64,000 nucleotides of DNA, taken from the IMG/VR virus record IMGVR_UViG_3300023179_005195, positions 1-64,000 of that record. One strand, written 5' to 3'. The first letter of the stretch is position 1. Each line of letters begins with the position of its first letter. Both the position numbers and the translations under genes were made by a program. A model generated the notes under the pieces. The model did no database searches. It saw only the letters and a list, made by a program, of their open reading frames with translations, and was not told the origin of the DNA. Positions 8,595 to 18,863 of the stretch are shown here, piece after piece. This DNA is from an uncultured virus (IMG/VR IMGVR_UViG_3300023179_005195) (lineage: Duplodnaviria; Heunggongvirae; Uroviricota; Caudoviricetes).

Positions 8595-11264
8595 TTAGAA
8601 TCCTGAAAGTTGACCTAATACAGTATAACTTCCACCGTTATTAAAAATACTAAAAGTTACAACATCGATTCTATTTGGACTTGGGACAGGTACATAAGTA
8701 CCTTGCCAATTTATTGTTTGAGTAACACCATCTATTTGAACAACATTAGGTATATAAGCAACAGGTCCTTGTGTAATTACTACACTTACTGCTGTGACAT
8801 AACTTGTATTAAGGTTGAGATTTATAAAATTAGCAGTATAATTAGAAGTTGGTAGATTTTGTCTAAATACATGTCCTAATGAACAATTATGTGTAATTAC
8901 TCCGGTAGCTCCTGACTGTGATTGAAAGTTTTCATGTACGCCTACGTTAATTTTTAGAATATTTAAAGTTGGGCTGGTAGTAAACGCAGTGTTTTGTATG
9001 GTATTATCTGCAAACTGCATATATCCTGTAACGGTGCTATCAAATTTTACGGCACCTAGTGTGTTAATATCACCTCCGAACTTTCCGCCTGCTTGTACAA
9101 CTAACCATCCTGCATAATCTGAATTTAATCCTGCGTTGTTATTTGGTAAATTTGTTCCTACAAATAAACTACCTTCTACTCCAACACTCATGTTGCCATT
9201 GCCACTGGCTCCAAAAGTAAACAAGGCATTGGTCGAAGCTGTTAGAGTTCTATAAAATCCTGCCATGCTAATACCAGCTTGAGCAACTCCTGTTTGCCCT
9301 GCCCAGTAAAGAGAACCTAGTCCTCCATCTAAAGATATTAGAGAAGAATTTCCTAAGGTTAAGGCGTTAAATGTAGGATTAACTGTCAGTGCTACTGAAT
9401 TACCTGATCCTGAATATGCTGTAAGTGAATTACCTTGAATTTGAAAAACATTGCCTGTACTGGTTTGTATATTAATAGTTTTATTTGTTAATGTTGAAAC
9501 TGATACTGCTGTGATGTCATAATTGCTCTTGAAGGCTGTATCTTGTATAGTCCCATCTGGAAATACTAAACTACCCGATGTAGTAATAGCAATAGTATAC
9601 GTTCCGTAGGATAACGAACCTGCTTTACTAACAGGCATAGAATTTATTAATAAATCTGATCCTGAACCTGTAATATTTAAACCGTTAAGATATAAATTTC
9701 GCCATGTATTAGATGAACTACCTAGGTCATAATTATTATCTGTGTACGGAATTGCATGAGTATTGAAACTAGCCGATGATGTAGTAAGTACAGCTATTGT
9801 AGCAGATGAAACACTTTCGAATATATGTACATTTGAATTGTACGAGTGTCCATCGCTATCTAAATGGAGTCTTGTTGATAATATGGTTGTTCCACTTGTA
9901 ACAGTTCTTAATTGAAAATTAGATCCTCTTGCTGATGCTGTAGCATCTTCAAGCATGTATACCGAAAATTCAGACACAACTGAGCCTGATCCTGATGAAT
10001 TATCAGTAAATTGACTAGCAAAGGTGTAGGACCCGACTCTGTCGCCTGTTTTTAATGCATTACGACGACCAGCTACTCCACTTCGTCTGCCTGTAATGTG
10101 TCCTATCGTTGAACCGTTACTGCTATATGTATGATTATCTGGACCCGAGTATAATGTTGTTGAACTAACAGTTTGACTCTGATTTATTGTATATGTGCCT
10201 GTTAATCCCGAACCTGTTCCATACCCTGTAATAACAGTACCGACTAAGACAGATCCCCATGCTCCTGCTGCTACGGAGAATATTCTTTGACCAATGCTTA
10301 TTCTGCCTGACACCACAGATGTTACATTTAATGTTGAGTTTGAAATATCTCCTACAAATGTTGCAACTTCATTGTTTGGTGTAGAAAAAAGATAGAAATT
10401 TGAATTAACACCTTGGATGAATGTTGTTCCAAATCCAGTATGAGTAAATGATCCGGTAGATCCTACTAAGGTTGGTGTAATAGGGCTACCATTTCCTAGA
10501 ATAAGATTAGAAGTAGGAGGAGAATTTACTGTCGCCGAGTTTGTTCCAACTCCCCAAGTTAATTGCAAAATACGTTGTCTTGAAGTAGAATCTAATCTAA
10601 TATTTGGAGGTTGGAGGTTGATACCTATATTCGTGCCAACGTTTGTTGCTGTATTGCTTCCTGTTCCTAAACTATTAGTCCAGTTTTCAGATGCTGCAAA
10701 AAATATTGCTCCGGTCGGGGTAATGTTTGTAGTGGGGTTATTATCGTACTCTGTAATCCATTTATTACCGTCGTATCCCCCTACTGAAATTGATCCTAAA
10801 ACATGTGTATTACTTACAGGTAACAGGTTAGAAGGTAAACCTCTACTGCTTTCAAAATGTATAAAGGGTATGCCGTTTGTTGAAGTGGTACCTTGAGTTC
10901 TATTTTGACCATAACCTCTTATAAGTAAACCACCTTCAGTACCTGTATTATAATTGCCTACAACTAAAGTAGTTGACAGAGTGCTATAAATTGAAGGGAA
11001 AATTCCTTTATCATTTAACGGAAATCCTCCTACAACGAGACTATTGGTCACTGTTAAACTTGCAAACTTTACAGTGTTTGTAGTGTTTAGAAGTTGATCT
11101 GCACTGATACCTGCAGGTCCTTGTGGGCCAATTGGGCCTGTAGGACCTATTTTTTCACCATAAAGTTCTGTAAAATTTGAGTTTATTTTTTGAAAGGCTG
11201 AACGTAGACTTTCACCATCTCCAGTTAGTTCTCCTGATCCTACATTGATAGTTTGCTTTGACAT
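8595..11264 (-). CDS. Baseplate-attached fibre/structural protein
   Basis: N-terminal QTINVG...GDGESLRSAFQKINSNFTELY resembles T4 gp9/gp10 N-termini; short collagen stretch; Ser/Thr/Gly-rich body. Confidence 0.75.
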   Translation of the reverse strand: MSKQTINVGSGELTGDGESLRSAFQKINSNFTELYGEKIGPTGPIGPQGPAGISADQLLNTTNTVKFASLTVTNSLVVGGFPLNDKGIFPSIYSTLSTTLVVGNYNTGTEGGLLIRGYGQNRTQGTTSTNGIPFIHFESSRGLPSNLLPVSNTHVLGSISVGGYDGNKWITEYDNNPTTNITPTGAIFFAASENWTNSLGTGSNTATNVGTNIGINLQPPNIRLDSTSRQRILQLTWGVGTNSATVNSPPTSNLILGNGSPITPTLVGSTGSFTHTGFGTTFIQGVNSNFYLFSTPNNEVATFVGDISNSTLNVTSVVSGRISIGQRIFSVAAGAWGSVLVGTVITGYGTGSGLTGTYTINQSQTVSSTTLYSGPDNHTYSSNGSTIGHITGRRSGVAGRRNALKTGDRVGSYTFASQFTDNSSGSGSVVSEFSVYMLEDATASARGSNFQLRTVTSGTTILSTRLHLDSDGHSYNSNVHIFESVSSATIAVLTTSSASFNTHAIPYTDNNYDLGSSSNTWRNLYLNGLNITGSGSDLLINSMPVSKAGSLSYGTYTIAITTSGSLVFPDGTIQDTAFKSNYDITAVSVSTLTNKTINIQTSTGNVFQIQGNSLTAYSGSGNSVALTVNPTFNALTLGNSSLISLDGGLGSLYWAGQTGVAQAGISMAGFYRTLTASTNALFTFGASGNGNMSVGVEGSLFVGTNLPNNNAGLNSDYAGWLVVQAGGKFGGDINTLGAVKFDSTVTGYMQFADNTIQNTAFTTSPTLNILKINVGVHENFQSQSGATGVITHNCSLGHVFRQNLPTSNYTANFINLNLNTSYVTAVSVVITQGPVAYIPNVVQIDGVTQTINWQGTYVPVPSPNRIDVVTFSIFNNGGSYTVLGQLSGF

Positions 11265-11274
11265 CTATCGTTCC

Positions 11275-11709
11275 TTAATAATTGTACCTGATGCCATTTA
11301 CAGATCCAGAAGTAAACTGATGAATTTTACCTCTAACCCAAACGTAATTGCCTACAAAATTAAATGCCTTTATTTCAGATGTTGCTGTATTATATACTAG
11401 TGTTGAAGTATTTCCATTTTGTATAAGGCCTGTTGTATCTACACTCATAATATTTGTGTAAAGAGTTACAGGGAACCAATCAGTAGATCCAGGGTTGAAC
11501 GCTAGACTAGCTTCTATGTCAATTTTGCCTAGAAAATTTGTAGTTTGAATTTGTACAGTGTGATTACCATCACTGCCACTGAAATATCCATCTCCTTTGA
11601 CCTTTGTGCTCAAAAGAGTAAGGGCACCTGTACCAGTATTCGGGTAGTTTACCGATACCGTACTAGTTGAATTTATTGTAAAAGTTAGATTTTGACTCTG
11701 TGCTGGCAT
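11275..11709 (-). CDS. Putative virion structural protein
   Basis: Beta-rich; GDGYF...HTVQ and NFVGNYVWVR motifs; lies between a late-like promoter and the fibre gene. Confidence 0.6.
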   Translation of the reverse strand: MPAQSQNLTFTINSTSTVSVNYPNTGTGALTLLSTKVKGDGYFSGSDGNHTVQIQTTNFLGKIDIEASLAFNPGSTDWFPVTLYTNIMSVDTTGLIQNGNTSTLVYNTATSEIKAFNFVGNYVWVRGKIHQFTSGSVNGIRYNY

Positions 11710-11729
11710 AATACGATATTTATGCCAGC
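11702..11729 (-). promoter_or_regulatory. Hairpin covering the start codon, with an embedded TAAATA late-like promoter
   Basis: Perfect 10-bp stem GCTGGCATAA/TTATGCCAGC; ATG 11709 lies in the 3' arm; TAAATA at 11717-11722. Confidence 0.7.
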
Positions 11730-11755
11730 CTAGAGTTATTCCTTACACTGAATTA

Positions 11756-14029
11756 TTATTCAATTTCCGTTGTAACGCTTTGTTTTTTAGTTTTTACAGG
11801 CATTATATCTAATATATTGAATACAATTTTATCATCTATAATATCTAATTCTACAAGCCCGCCGTTATTAAGTTTTCCGAAAAGAATTTCTTTACTAAGG
11901 GGTTTCTTGATATGTTCGTCAATAGCTCGTGACAAAGGTCTAGCTCCCATTTTTGAATTAAACCCTTTGGCGATTAAGAAATCAGTCGCAGCTAAATTAG
12001 GTCTAACATGAATATTTTTTTCTTTAATTAATACATTTAGATCATCTATAAATTTGTTTACAATTTTTACCATGGTAATTTTATCAAGTTTTCCAAATTT
12101 TACCATACCATCTAAACGGTTTCTAAATTCAGGCGCAAAAAATCTGTTCACAGCATCTTTAGGGTCGCCGTCTCTTTCTAGACTACCAAACCCTACAGAA
12201 TTGCGTTCAGCATCTGCAGCACCTAAGTTTGAAGTCATAATAATTAAAGCATTACGTCCATCTGCTTTTTTACCATTGCTGCCTGTTATAAATCCATTAT
12301 CCATAAGTTGTAATAAGATACTAAGTACGTCGGGATGTGCCTTTTCTACCTCGTCGAGCAATAGTACGCAGTTAGGATTTTCTTGTAGACTGGTAATAAG
12401 TTGACCTGCATTTTCTTCAAACCCAACATATCCTGGCGGACTGCCTAAAAATTTAGCCACTGAATGTTTTTCTTGAAACTCACTCATATCAAATCTTATT
12501 AGTTTAATCCCTAGCCCAGTGGCTAGTTGCTTTGCTGTTTCAGTTTTACCTACTCCAGTTGGCCCAACAAACAAAAAGCTACCAATAGGTTTATCAACTG
12601 CTTTAAGACCTGCTTGACTAATATAGATTTTATCAACTAAACTTTCTATGGCCTTTTCTTGCCCAAAGATTTTTTGACGTAGTGTTTTGTCCAAGTTTTC
12701 AAGATTTACTGATTCTTTAGCACCTACCTGTTCTATAGGAAGATTTGCTATCTTAGCAACTTCAAAAACAATTTCCTCATGGTCTACTACACCGTTTTCT
12801 TCGTCTTTTACCTTAAACCGAGCACAAGCACAGTCAATAAGGTCTAATGCTTTGTCTGGCAATTTTTTATCAGGAATATACTTGACTGAATAACTTACTG
12901 CATCTAACAATGCTTGATTAGTAATTTTTACACCGTGATGTTTTTCGTAATATTTTTTTACACCTTTAAGAATTTTTATACAAGTATCCTCACTAGGCTC
13001 ATCAATTACTACACGTTGAAAACGTCTCATCAATGCACGATCTTTTTCAAAATGTTTACGAAATTCTTCCCATGTAGTACTAGCAACTACTTTAATAGTT
13101 CCTTTTGTTAGTATTGGCTTTAACATATTAGCCATATCATTGCTGTTGCCGCTGGCTGCGCCTGCACCATTCATCATATGAGCTTCATCTATGAACAATA
13201 TACAATTTTTCTTTCTTTCTAAGGCAGTTAAAACAGTTTTTAATCTTTCTTCAAAATCACCTCTATATTTTGAACCGGCAAGTAGTGAACTAATATCTAA
13301 ACTGTAGACACTGTGTTCTTTAATAAAAGAGGGAACATTATCTTCTACAATATTTTTAGCAAGTCCTTCTGCTATAGCAGTTTTTCCTACTCCTGGGTCT
13401 CCTATTAAAATTACGTTACTTTTATTACGTCTTGCCAACACTAATTGAACTTCTTCAATTTCTTTTTCTCTTCCTATAACAGGATCTATTTTTTTATTTT
13501 TAGCTTTTAATGTCAAATTTACGCAAAACTGATTTAGAAGTTTTTCTAAGTGTGGATGTAATCTTGTTTCACCTGTTTCATCCTCTACCACTTCTTTTAT
13601 ATTTTCTTTTTGTAAAAAGTTAATCAATTTATCTTTATCTATTTTTGCTCGTTTAAGAAAATAATGAGCATAACTTTTCTTTTCTGTAAATATTGCAAGT
13701 AAACAATCTATTGGTTCGATGACAGTTTTTCCGCCAAAAAGAACTGTAGTAAATGTTTTGTTTAATACTCTGTCAAATGTTTGAGTTTTCCTAGGTTTTT
13801 GTATCTCGAGATTGACAATATTAGATAGTTCTTCTTCTAAATATCTATCTAAATCGCTATTTAAACTAGTTAGGTCTGCCCCAAAGTCAGTTAAAATTTT
13901 GTTAAGTTCTTGACTATTAATTAAACAATGTAAAAAATGCTCTAAAGTGATATACTCATGATGCATTTTCATAGCTTTTATTACTGCCTGTTCAAAAACT
14001 CCTTCAAGTTCTTTATTTGGTGAAATCAT
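11756..14029 (-). CDS. clpA: ATP-dependent Clp protease ATPase subunit ClpA
   Basis: Two AAA+ modules (GDPGVGKT, GPTGVGKT), Clp N-domain HEYITLEH and ClpP-docking SVGF loop; start moved to MISPNK. Confidence 0.93.
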   Translation of the reverse strand: MISPNKELEGVFEQAVIKAMKMHHEYITLEHFLHCLINSQELNKILTDFGADLTSLNSDLDRYLEEELSNIVNLEIQKPRKTQTFDRVLNKTFTTVLFGGKTVIEPIDCLLAIFTEKKSYAHYFLKRAKIDKDKLINFLQKENIKEVVEDETGETRLHPHLEKLLNQFCVNLTLKAKNKKIDPVIGREKEIEEVQLVLARRNKSNVILIGDPGVGKTAIAEGLAKNIVEDNVPSFIKEHSVYSLDISSLLAGSKYRGDFEERLKTVLTALERKKNCILFIDEAHMMNGAGAASGNSNDMANMLKPILTKGTIKVVASTTWEEFRKHFEKDRALMRRFQRVVIDEPSEDTCIKILKGVKKYYEKHHGVKITNQALLDAVSYSVKYIPDKKLPDKALDLIDCACARFKVKDEENGVVDHEEIVFEVAKIANLPIEQVGAKESVNLENLDKTLRQKIFGQEKAIESLVDKIYISQAGLKAVDKPIGSFLFVGPTGVGKTETAKQLATGLGIKLIRFDMSEFQEKHSVAKFLGSPPGYVGFEENAGQLITSLQENPNCVLLLDEVEKAHPDVLSILLQLMDNGFITGSNGKKADGRNALIIMTSNLGAADAERNSVGFGSLERDGDPKDAVNRFFAPEFRNRLDGMVKFGKLDKITMVKIVNKFIDDLNVLIKEKNIHVRPNLAATDFLIAKGFNSKMGARPLSRAIDEHIKKPLSKEILFGKLNNGGLVELDIIDDKIVFNILDIMPVKTKKQSVTTEIE

Positions 14030-14031
14030 TT

Positions 14032-14520
14032 TTATTTCCTTTTCTTTTTTAATGCTAGGTCCCATTTAAGGCGACTCACACGATCTTTAAACACAATCCC
14101 ATCTAAATGATCGAGTTCGTGTTGAAAGCATTTACTACCTAAGTCAGTAAATGTACCTACTTGAAATTCTCCTTTACTATCTTGCCAAGAGCAATGTACA
14201 AACTTACTACGTTTTATTTTAACAAAAATATTCGGAAAACTCAAGCATCCTTCAGGTAAATCCTCTATTTCTTCTTCAAAATCTATAATTTTTGGATTAA
14301 AATATGCCTGGGAATCACCCTGTATAGCATAATCACCCATGACGAACACTCTGGCTTTTATCCCAACCTGATTAGCTGATAATCCTATACCCTTGTTTGT
14401 AATCATAGTTGATATTAAATTCTTTTCTAACTCTATAGGATCTACTATAGGATTAGCAAAATCGAATTCCGGCATTTTTTCAGACAGAATAGGATGCGGG
14501 AAAGATAAAATTTTGTACAT
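14032..14520 (-). CDS. def: Peptide deformylase
   Basis: GIGLSANQVG, EGCLSFP and QHELDHLDG motifs. Confidence 0.95.
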   Translation of the reverse strand: MYKILSFPHPILSEKMPEFDFANPIVDPIELEKNLISTMITNKGIGLSANQVGIKARVFVMGDYAIQGDSQAYFNPKIIDFEEEIEDLPEGCLSFPNIFVKIKRSKFVHCSWQDSKGEFQVGTFTDLGSKCFQHELDHLDGIVFKDRVSRLKWDLALKKKRK

Positions 14521-14523
14521 AGA

Positions 14524-15351
14524 TTATTTAAAGGCTTGTTTTAATAAAGATTTTTGTTGATCTGTAACATATGTAGGTATGGTAATTTGAACATTAATCA
14601 GAAGCCTGCCCCTCATGTTAGAGTTACTCATATTCGGCATTCCTTGATTAGGAATACTTAATAATTGGCCATGTTGTGTTCCTGGAGGGATAGCTACTTC
14701 TATTGTTTTTCCATCTATACAATCTATATCTTTAGTTTTACCTAATATAGCATCTATGCAGTTTAATTTCAAATCGTAGTATAAATCATCTTCTTCTCTT
14801 CTAAAAGTGTTATGATTTTTAATAATCACTGTTAAATGTATATCACCTTTAGGTATTCCTTGTATAGAGTCGTCACCCATGTTAGCCAAACGTAACACAG
14901 TACCAGTTCTAACACCTTTGGGAATTTTAACTTCTACGGTTTGATTTCTGCCGCTTGGTAATTGAATATTCGCAATAAGGTCTTTACTAAAAAAAGCATC
15001 TTCTAATGTAATTTCTGTTTGTAAATTTATTGTTCTGTTTCTAACGGGAGCCTGTCGTCTAAAAGGACCACCGAACATATCTCCGAATGGATGATTAGTA
15101 AAAAACTGTTCAAATCCGGGGGGAACATTGTTTGAAAATTCAAAATGAAATCCCTGAGGTTGAGGATTATCGTATTCCGCACGTTTTTGTGGATCGCTTA
15201 ATACATCATATGCTGCTTGTATTTCTTGAAATTTACCTTTGTCACCTCCTCTGTCAGGATGATGTTTTGCAGCTAATTGTCTATAGGCTCGCTTAATAGT
15301 TTCAGGATCTGCTGAGCGATCTACTCCTAGGGTTGAATATAAGTCTGTCAT
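14524..15351 (-). CDS. dnaJ: DnaJ/CbpA-type co-chaperone without zinc finger
   Basis: J-domain with HPD; DnaJ C-terminal domain; no CxxCxGxG repeats. Confidence 0.9.
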   Translation of the reverse strand: MTDLYSTLGVDRSADPETIKRAYRQLAAKHHPDRGGDKGKFQEIQAAYDVLSDPQKRAEYDNPQPQGFHFEFSNNVPPGFEQFFTNHPFGDMFGGPFRRQAPVRNRTINLQTEITLEDAFFSKDLIANIQLPSGRNQTVEVKIPKGVRTGTVLRLANMGDDSIQGIPKGDIHLTVIIKNHNTFRREEDDLYYDLKLNCIDAILGKTKDIDCIDGKTIEVAIPPGTQHGQLLSIPNQGMPNMSNSNMRGRLLINVQITIPTYVTDQQKSLLKQAFK

Positions 15352-15366
15352 AATTGTTATTAATAG

Positions 15367-15398
15367 AAAAAAGGTATAGTAAATTATACTATACCTTT
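15367..15398 (-). terminator. Intrinsic terminator-like hairpin
   Basis: 12-bp stem AAAGGTATAGTA/TACTATACCTTT with a 5-nt loop, running into a T-tract on the minus strand. Confidence 0.6.
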
Positions 15399-15411
15399 AT
15401 TTAAGTGTCAA
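15383..15411 (-). promoter_or_regulatory. Consensus sigma70 promoter upstream of dnaJ-def-clpA
   Basis: TTGACA-17 nt-TATAAT. Confidence 0.8.
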
Positions 15412-15418
15412 CTAATTA

Positions 15419-15649
15419 TTACTTTTTATCTTTGGCTGGTGGAATTTCTGTTGATTCAAGCTTTTTACGAACTTTAACTTCTTTACAAACTTCTACAACT
15501 TTTCCACTTTTATCTTTCACTTCGTTTCCATCTTTATCCTTTTTTGGATGACATACTTTTTTCATCTCGCCTTTACCTGCATGATCGTCTGATGCATAGG
15601 CACCATGTGCTATTGCTAGGCTGGCTAATATTGCTATTAGGTACTTCAT
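15419..15649 (-). CDS. Small secreted protein
   Basis: Signal peptide MKYLIAILASLAIAHGAYA; two Cys; SD AGGAG upstream. Confidence 0.7.
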   Translation of the reverse strand: MKYLIAILASLAIAHGAYASDDHAGKGEMKKVCHPKKDKDGNEVKDKSGKVVEVCKEVKVRKKLESTEIPPAKDKK

Positions 15650-15659
15650 TTTTCGCTCC

Positions 15660-16280
15660 TTAAATTTCTGGTTCCGGTGGTTGGACAGGCATAGGTTTTC
15701 CACCGGGTCCTACTAATACTTCATTACTGGTAAATGGAACTGCCATAGCTGCCGCAGCTCCTAGTCCTGCTGCTACGGCAACTGGCGCTGCACTACCGAA
15801 GCCACCTGCTGCTGCGCCTGTGTTACCTGCGGGTGGCTGCTGAAAACCCTGGCTAGGTGCGCCTCCAAAGCCGCTTCCGCCAAAGCCTGTTCCTGAGGAT
15901 CCAAATCCCCCTGTCGGTGCTTGGCCAAATGATGTAGGCATACTGCTTGGTGTAGGTGCTGCGCCGCCATTATTTGCTCCGTTTAATTTTTCCTGTGTAC
16001 GACCCCATGCTGCTAATCCTAGAACCGCACCCATGGCAAGGTGAAATAATCCTGCACCTTGTAAAGTTAATGGGTTCCATTGACTTGGATAACCTTGAGG
16101 CAGTTGTCCTTTGAACATTAGTGATGTCATAACTGCATACATGACAGGAAATGCTACAAAGTCTGCGAAACATACTAACATATATAGCCACCCCATCATA
16201 GGACGCCATTTGGAATTCATCCAATCTTCTTTTTTCTTTTCACTATCGCTCATTTTAGCGTAGTCATCTGCTGTTCCCAT
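15660..16280 (-). CDS. Putative holin (3TM, gene-transfer-release family-like)
   Basis: KWRPMMGWLY, WNPLTLQGAGLFHLAMGAVLG; hydrophobic helices; near the endolysin. Confidence 0.75.
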   Translation of the reverse strand: MGTADDYAKMSDSEKKKEDWMNSKWRPMMGWLYMLVCFADFVAFPVMYAVMTSLMFKGQLPQGYPSQWNPLTLQGAGLFHLAMGAVLGLAAWGRTQEKLNGANNGGAAPTPSSMPTSFGQAPTGGFGSSGTGFGGSGFGGAPSQGFQQPPAGNTGAAAGGFGSAAPVAVAAGLGAAAAMAVPFTSNEVLVGPGGKPMPVQPPEPEI

Positions 16281-16302
16281 GTTCACTCCTTGTTTATTCT
16301 AT

Positions 16303-16866
16303 TTAAAACCAAAGGTATAGTCCATTTAAACTTAATATCAATCCTGCTCCTGCTACCAGAAAACTACCATAAAATAATGGCATACTCACAGCAAGAATAC
16401 TAGCAGATAAAAGTACAATACTAAGTTGGTAGGCTGTTGAAGCATACCCAATCCATGGGCTACGTTTCTTAGCTTCATCACGTTCAGCCTCGAGTGCTTT
16501 GGCTTTTACCATGATTTCTTCTTTATCATGATGCATACGTTTGGCCTCTTCTTCAAATTTTGCTTTATTTTCAGGAATACGAGTGTCCATTGCAGAAGTT
16601 GTATAAAGAACCTCTCTAATGTTTTTAGCCTGATACCATGACCACTGATTATTTGCAGCTATTGTATTGTTTAAAACAGTTGAACTTAATTTTCCACCAT
16701 ACCATGCGTTTACGGCTAACAATAAGGCAAAGATATTAATGACAAGACCTGCCTTATCTTTAATCTTAGCTTCGCGTTCAGAACGTGAACCAGGAGGTGG
16801 TTTAGGAGCATTGGGATCCTTTGCTTCCTTGGTAAAAAATCTTAACATTGTGTCTACTGCGCTCAT
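16303..16866 (-). CDS. DUF4337-like membrane protein
   Basis: N-terminal TM, NQWSWYQAK, coiled coil, QLSIVLLSASIL and a C-terminal TM. Confidence 0.7.
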   Translation of the reverse strand: MSAVDTMLRFFTKEAKDPNAPKPPPGSRSEREAKIKDKAGLVINIFALLLAVNAWYGGKLSSTVLNNTIAANNQWSWYQAKNIREVLYTTSAMDTRIPENKAKFEEEAKRMHHDKEEIMVKAKALEAERDEAKKRSPWIGYASTAYQLSIVLLSASILAVSMPLFYGSFLVAGAGLILSLNGLYLWF

Positions 16867-16867
16867 T

Positions 16868-17491
16868 TTATGCTCCCATTATATGTAAGGCGTGTTGATA
16901 GTGTTTTGTACGATCTGCAAGGCCAATAGTGCCTCCGTTAATACGTTTAGTCGCATTAAGTACATCTCCTTGATCTGCAAAGTTATTTAACTTATTAGAT
17001 TCCCAAAACCAGCAGGCTGACTGAACTGCACCTTCGAATGTTTGCAGGTATGCAGGAATTTCTTCAATATCAGTTTCTATACTATCTGCAAATGCCTGAT
17101 AATTATTACGACCTGTCAACTGTATGAGCCCTCTTCCACAAAATTTCCAACCGTCTCCTGTATGTTCAGGACCATTGCCCATGCGACCACCATATGCTCT
17201 ATTAGCTATCATTTCTTGTTTATTAGCATACTGCTGAGCTACCTCCATGGTAGGGAAATACCTAGGCCATACTTTTACAAGACTCGCTGCTTTGTAATTT
17301 AAATTTTCTTTCAAAAATTTAAATCCTCCACTTTCGTGAATACACTGAGCTAAAAACATAGCTATTCTTTGTGGGGTGTTTATATCATAATCTGGTAAAC
17401 AACGTTCCATAGCATGATGCCAGTGATCTATATAAGGATTTCCTGGAAGTAGTTGTGCTAATTGTTCTTTAGTTAAAATAAAATCAGACAT
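16868..17491 (-). CDS. GH19 chitinase-like endolysin
   Basis: FLAQCIHESGGF, ENLNY, GDGWKFCGRGLIQLTGRNNY, TKRINGG. Confidence 0.92.
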   Translation of the reverse strand: MSDFILTKEQLAQLLPGNPYIDHWHHAMERCLPDYDINTPQRIAMFLAQCIHESGGFKFLKENLNYKAASLVKVWPRYFPTMEVAQQYANKQEMIANRAYGGRMGNGPEHTGDGWKFCGRGLIQLTGRNNYQAFADSIETDIEEIPAYLQTFEGAVQSACWFWESNKLNNFADQGDVLNATKRINGGTIGLADRTKHYQHALHIMGA

Positions 17492-17501
17492 ATTTGCTCC
17501 G

Positions 17502-17759
17502 TTATATCATAGAAGCAATACTTATTAAACCAGTAATTGCTATATGTAATTTTTGTTTTGCATCAAAACTATCCATATGACTATCTATATTTGCCTGTCT
17601 TTGTATATCAGACATTAGACTCATATATTCTTCTTTTGAAAGTTCACCACGTTTCATCATTTCTGTAAGCTCATTAGCCTGTTGAGCAGCATTCATAATG
17701 ATAGGATCACCTGTACCTAAACACTCGTATAAACTATGTTGGTGTTGTTCTACGCTCAT
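17502..17759 (-). CDS. Hypothetical protein, tandem paralog 1
   Basis: D..I..A....L......GELSKEEY pattern. Confidence 0.7.
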   Translation of the reverse strand: MSVEQHQHSLYECLGTGDPIIMNAAQQANELTEMMKRGELSKEEYMSLMSDIQRQANIDSHMDSFDAKQKLHIAITGLISIASMI

Positions 17760-18118
17760 TGATTTCCTCCTGGAACTCCTCCGGTGATTTTTAATCTAGA
17801 TACTTTATATTCCCCAACTTTTTTAGGAAGATCGCCTTCACCGAATGGATCAGTTAAATCCCAACCCATAGCTTCACTTATATAAAGTATAAAAAATTTA
17901 TTGCACTCAGGTCTACCATCTATACCTGGTATATTTTGTAATACTCCTAATGTGTTAACCCCTAAGTCTGTAGCAATATCAAAGAATTCATCGTTAGTAA
18001 TTTCTCCGTTTGTTAAACTAATTTTTAGTTTAACAAGCTCGTTGGCTGCAAATTTAATTCTTTCGTCGGTAGAATTAATACTCTTATTATACCATTCTTG
18101 CCAAATTTCGTTACTCAT
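17756..18118 (-). CDS. Hypothetical protein, tandem paralog 2
   Basis: MSNEIW...DERIKFAANEL..LK...GEITNDEF. Confidence 0.7.
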   Translation of the reverse strand: MSNEIWQEWYNKSINSTDERIKFAANELVKLKISLTNGEITNDEFFDIATDLGVNTLGVLQNIPGIDGRPECNKFFILYISEAMGWDLTDPFGEGDLPKKVGEYKVSRLKITGGVPGGNQ

Positions 18119-18132
18119 GATTTTTACCTTAA

Positions 18133-18462
18133 CTAATTAATTTTTTTGTATTCTTCTTGAATTTTCATTAGAGCTTCGATCTTTGAAGTATATGAAATGT
18201 TTTTTACATGACATAATATTTTAATAAACAGATCAGTTACATTTTCTAAAGCTATAGGATCATGTAATTTGCCATTAGGTACGGGTTTACTGAATGTGTT
18301 TTTTGTTATATTGTCAGTTTCTAAATAAAAATCAGTTACTGAAATTTCTTGATTATCAAACTTTTGTTTTAAATTGTAAATTTCTTGGCTGGCAATTCTA
18401 ATAATTTCTATATCACAATTCATACAGTATTGATAATTTTCTTCCCAAATTTCGCTACTCAT
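18133..18462 (-). CDS. Hypothetical protein, tandem paralog 3
   Basis: MSSEIW...DIEIIRIASQEI..LK...QEISVTDF. Confidence 0.7.
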   Translation of the reverse strand: MSSEIWEENYQYCMNCDIEIIRIASQEIYNLKQKFDNQEISVTDFYLETDNITKNTFSKPVPNGKLHDPIALENVTDLFIKILCHVKNISYTSKIEALMKIQEEYKKIN

Positions 18463-18863
18463 CTTGGCCTACTCCCTATTATAGATTGCATACGTTTTGA
18501 ACTATTTTCTATATTATCAAATTTTAATTTACAAAATATAATACTAACAGACCCTTTAGTATATCTTTCATGCAACTCTTTGGCTATTTCATTTAACTCT
18601 TTAGAGGCTGCTTGAACATCTTTATTTCTTGGTACGTGCTCGCTATACATCATAAACAACTCAGTTTGAGTAAAAATATGCCTAGCATGATCTTTACTTT
18701 GTTCTACATTAGCGCACTCTTCTTTATATCTATGTGCCTGTGATCGTATATCTGTAATTAATTTATATTCATTAGGATCATATTTAGTCATTAAGTATGC
18801 ATCTAATAGTACACATCCTGAAAGAAAGCTCGATAGTACTAATGCAAAAAATATTCTAATCAT
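18459..18863 (-). CDS. Lipoprotein
   Basis: Signal peptide with LSGC lipobox. Confidence 0.75.
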   Translation of the reverse strand: MIRIFFALVLSSFLSGCVLLDAYLMTKYDPNEYKLITDIRSQAHRYKEECANVEQSKDHARHIFTQTELFMMYSEHVPRNKDVQAASKELNEIAKELHERYTKGSVSIIFCKLKFDNIENSSKRMQSIIGSRPR

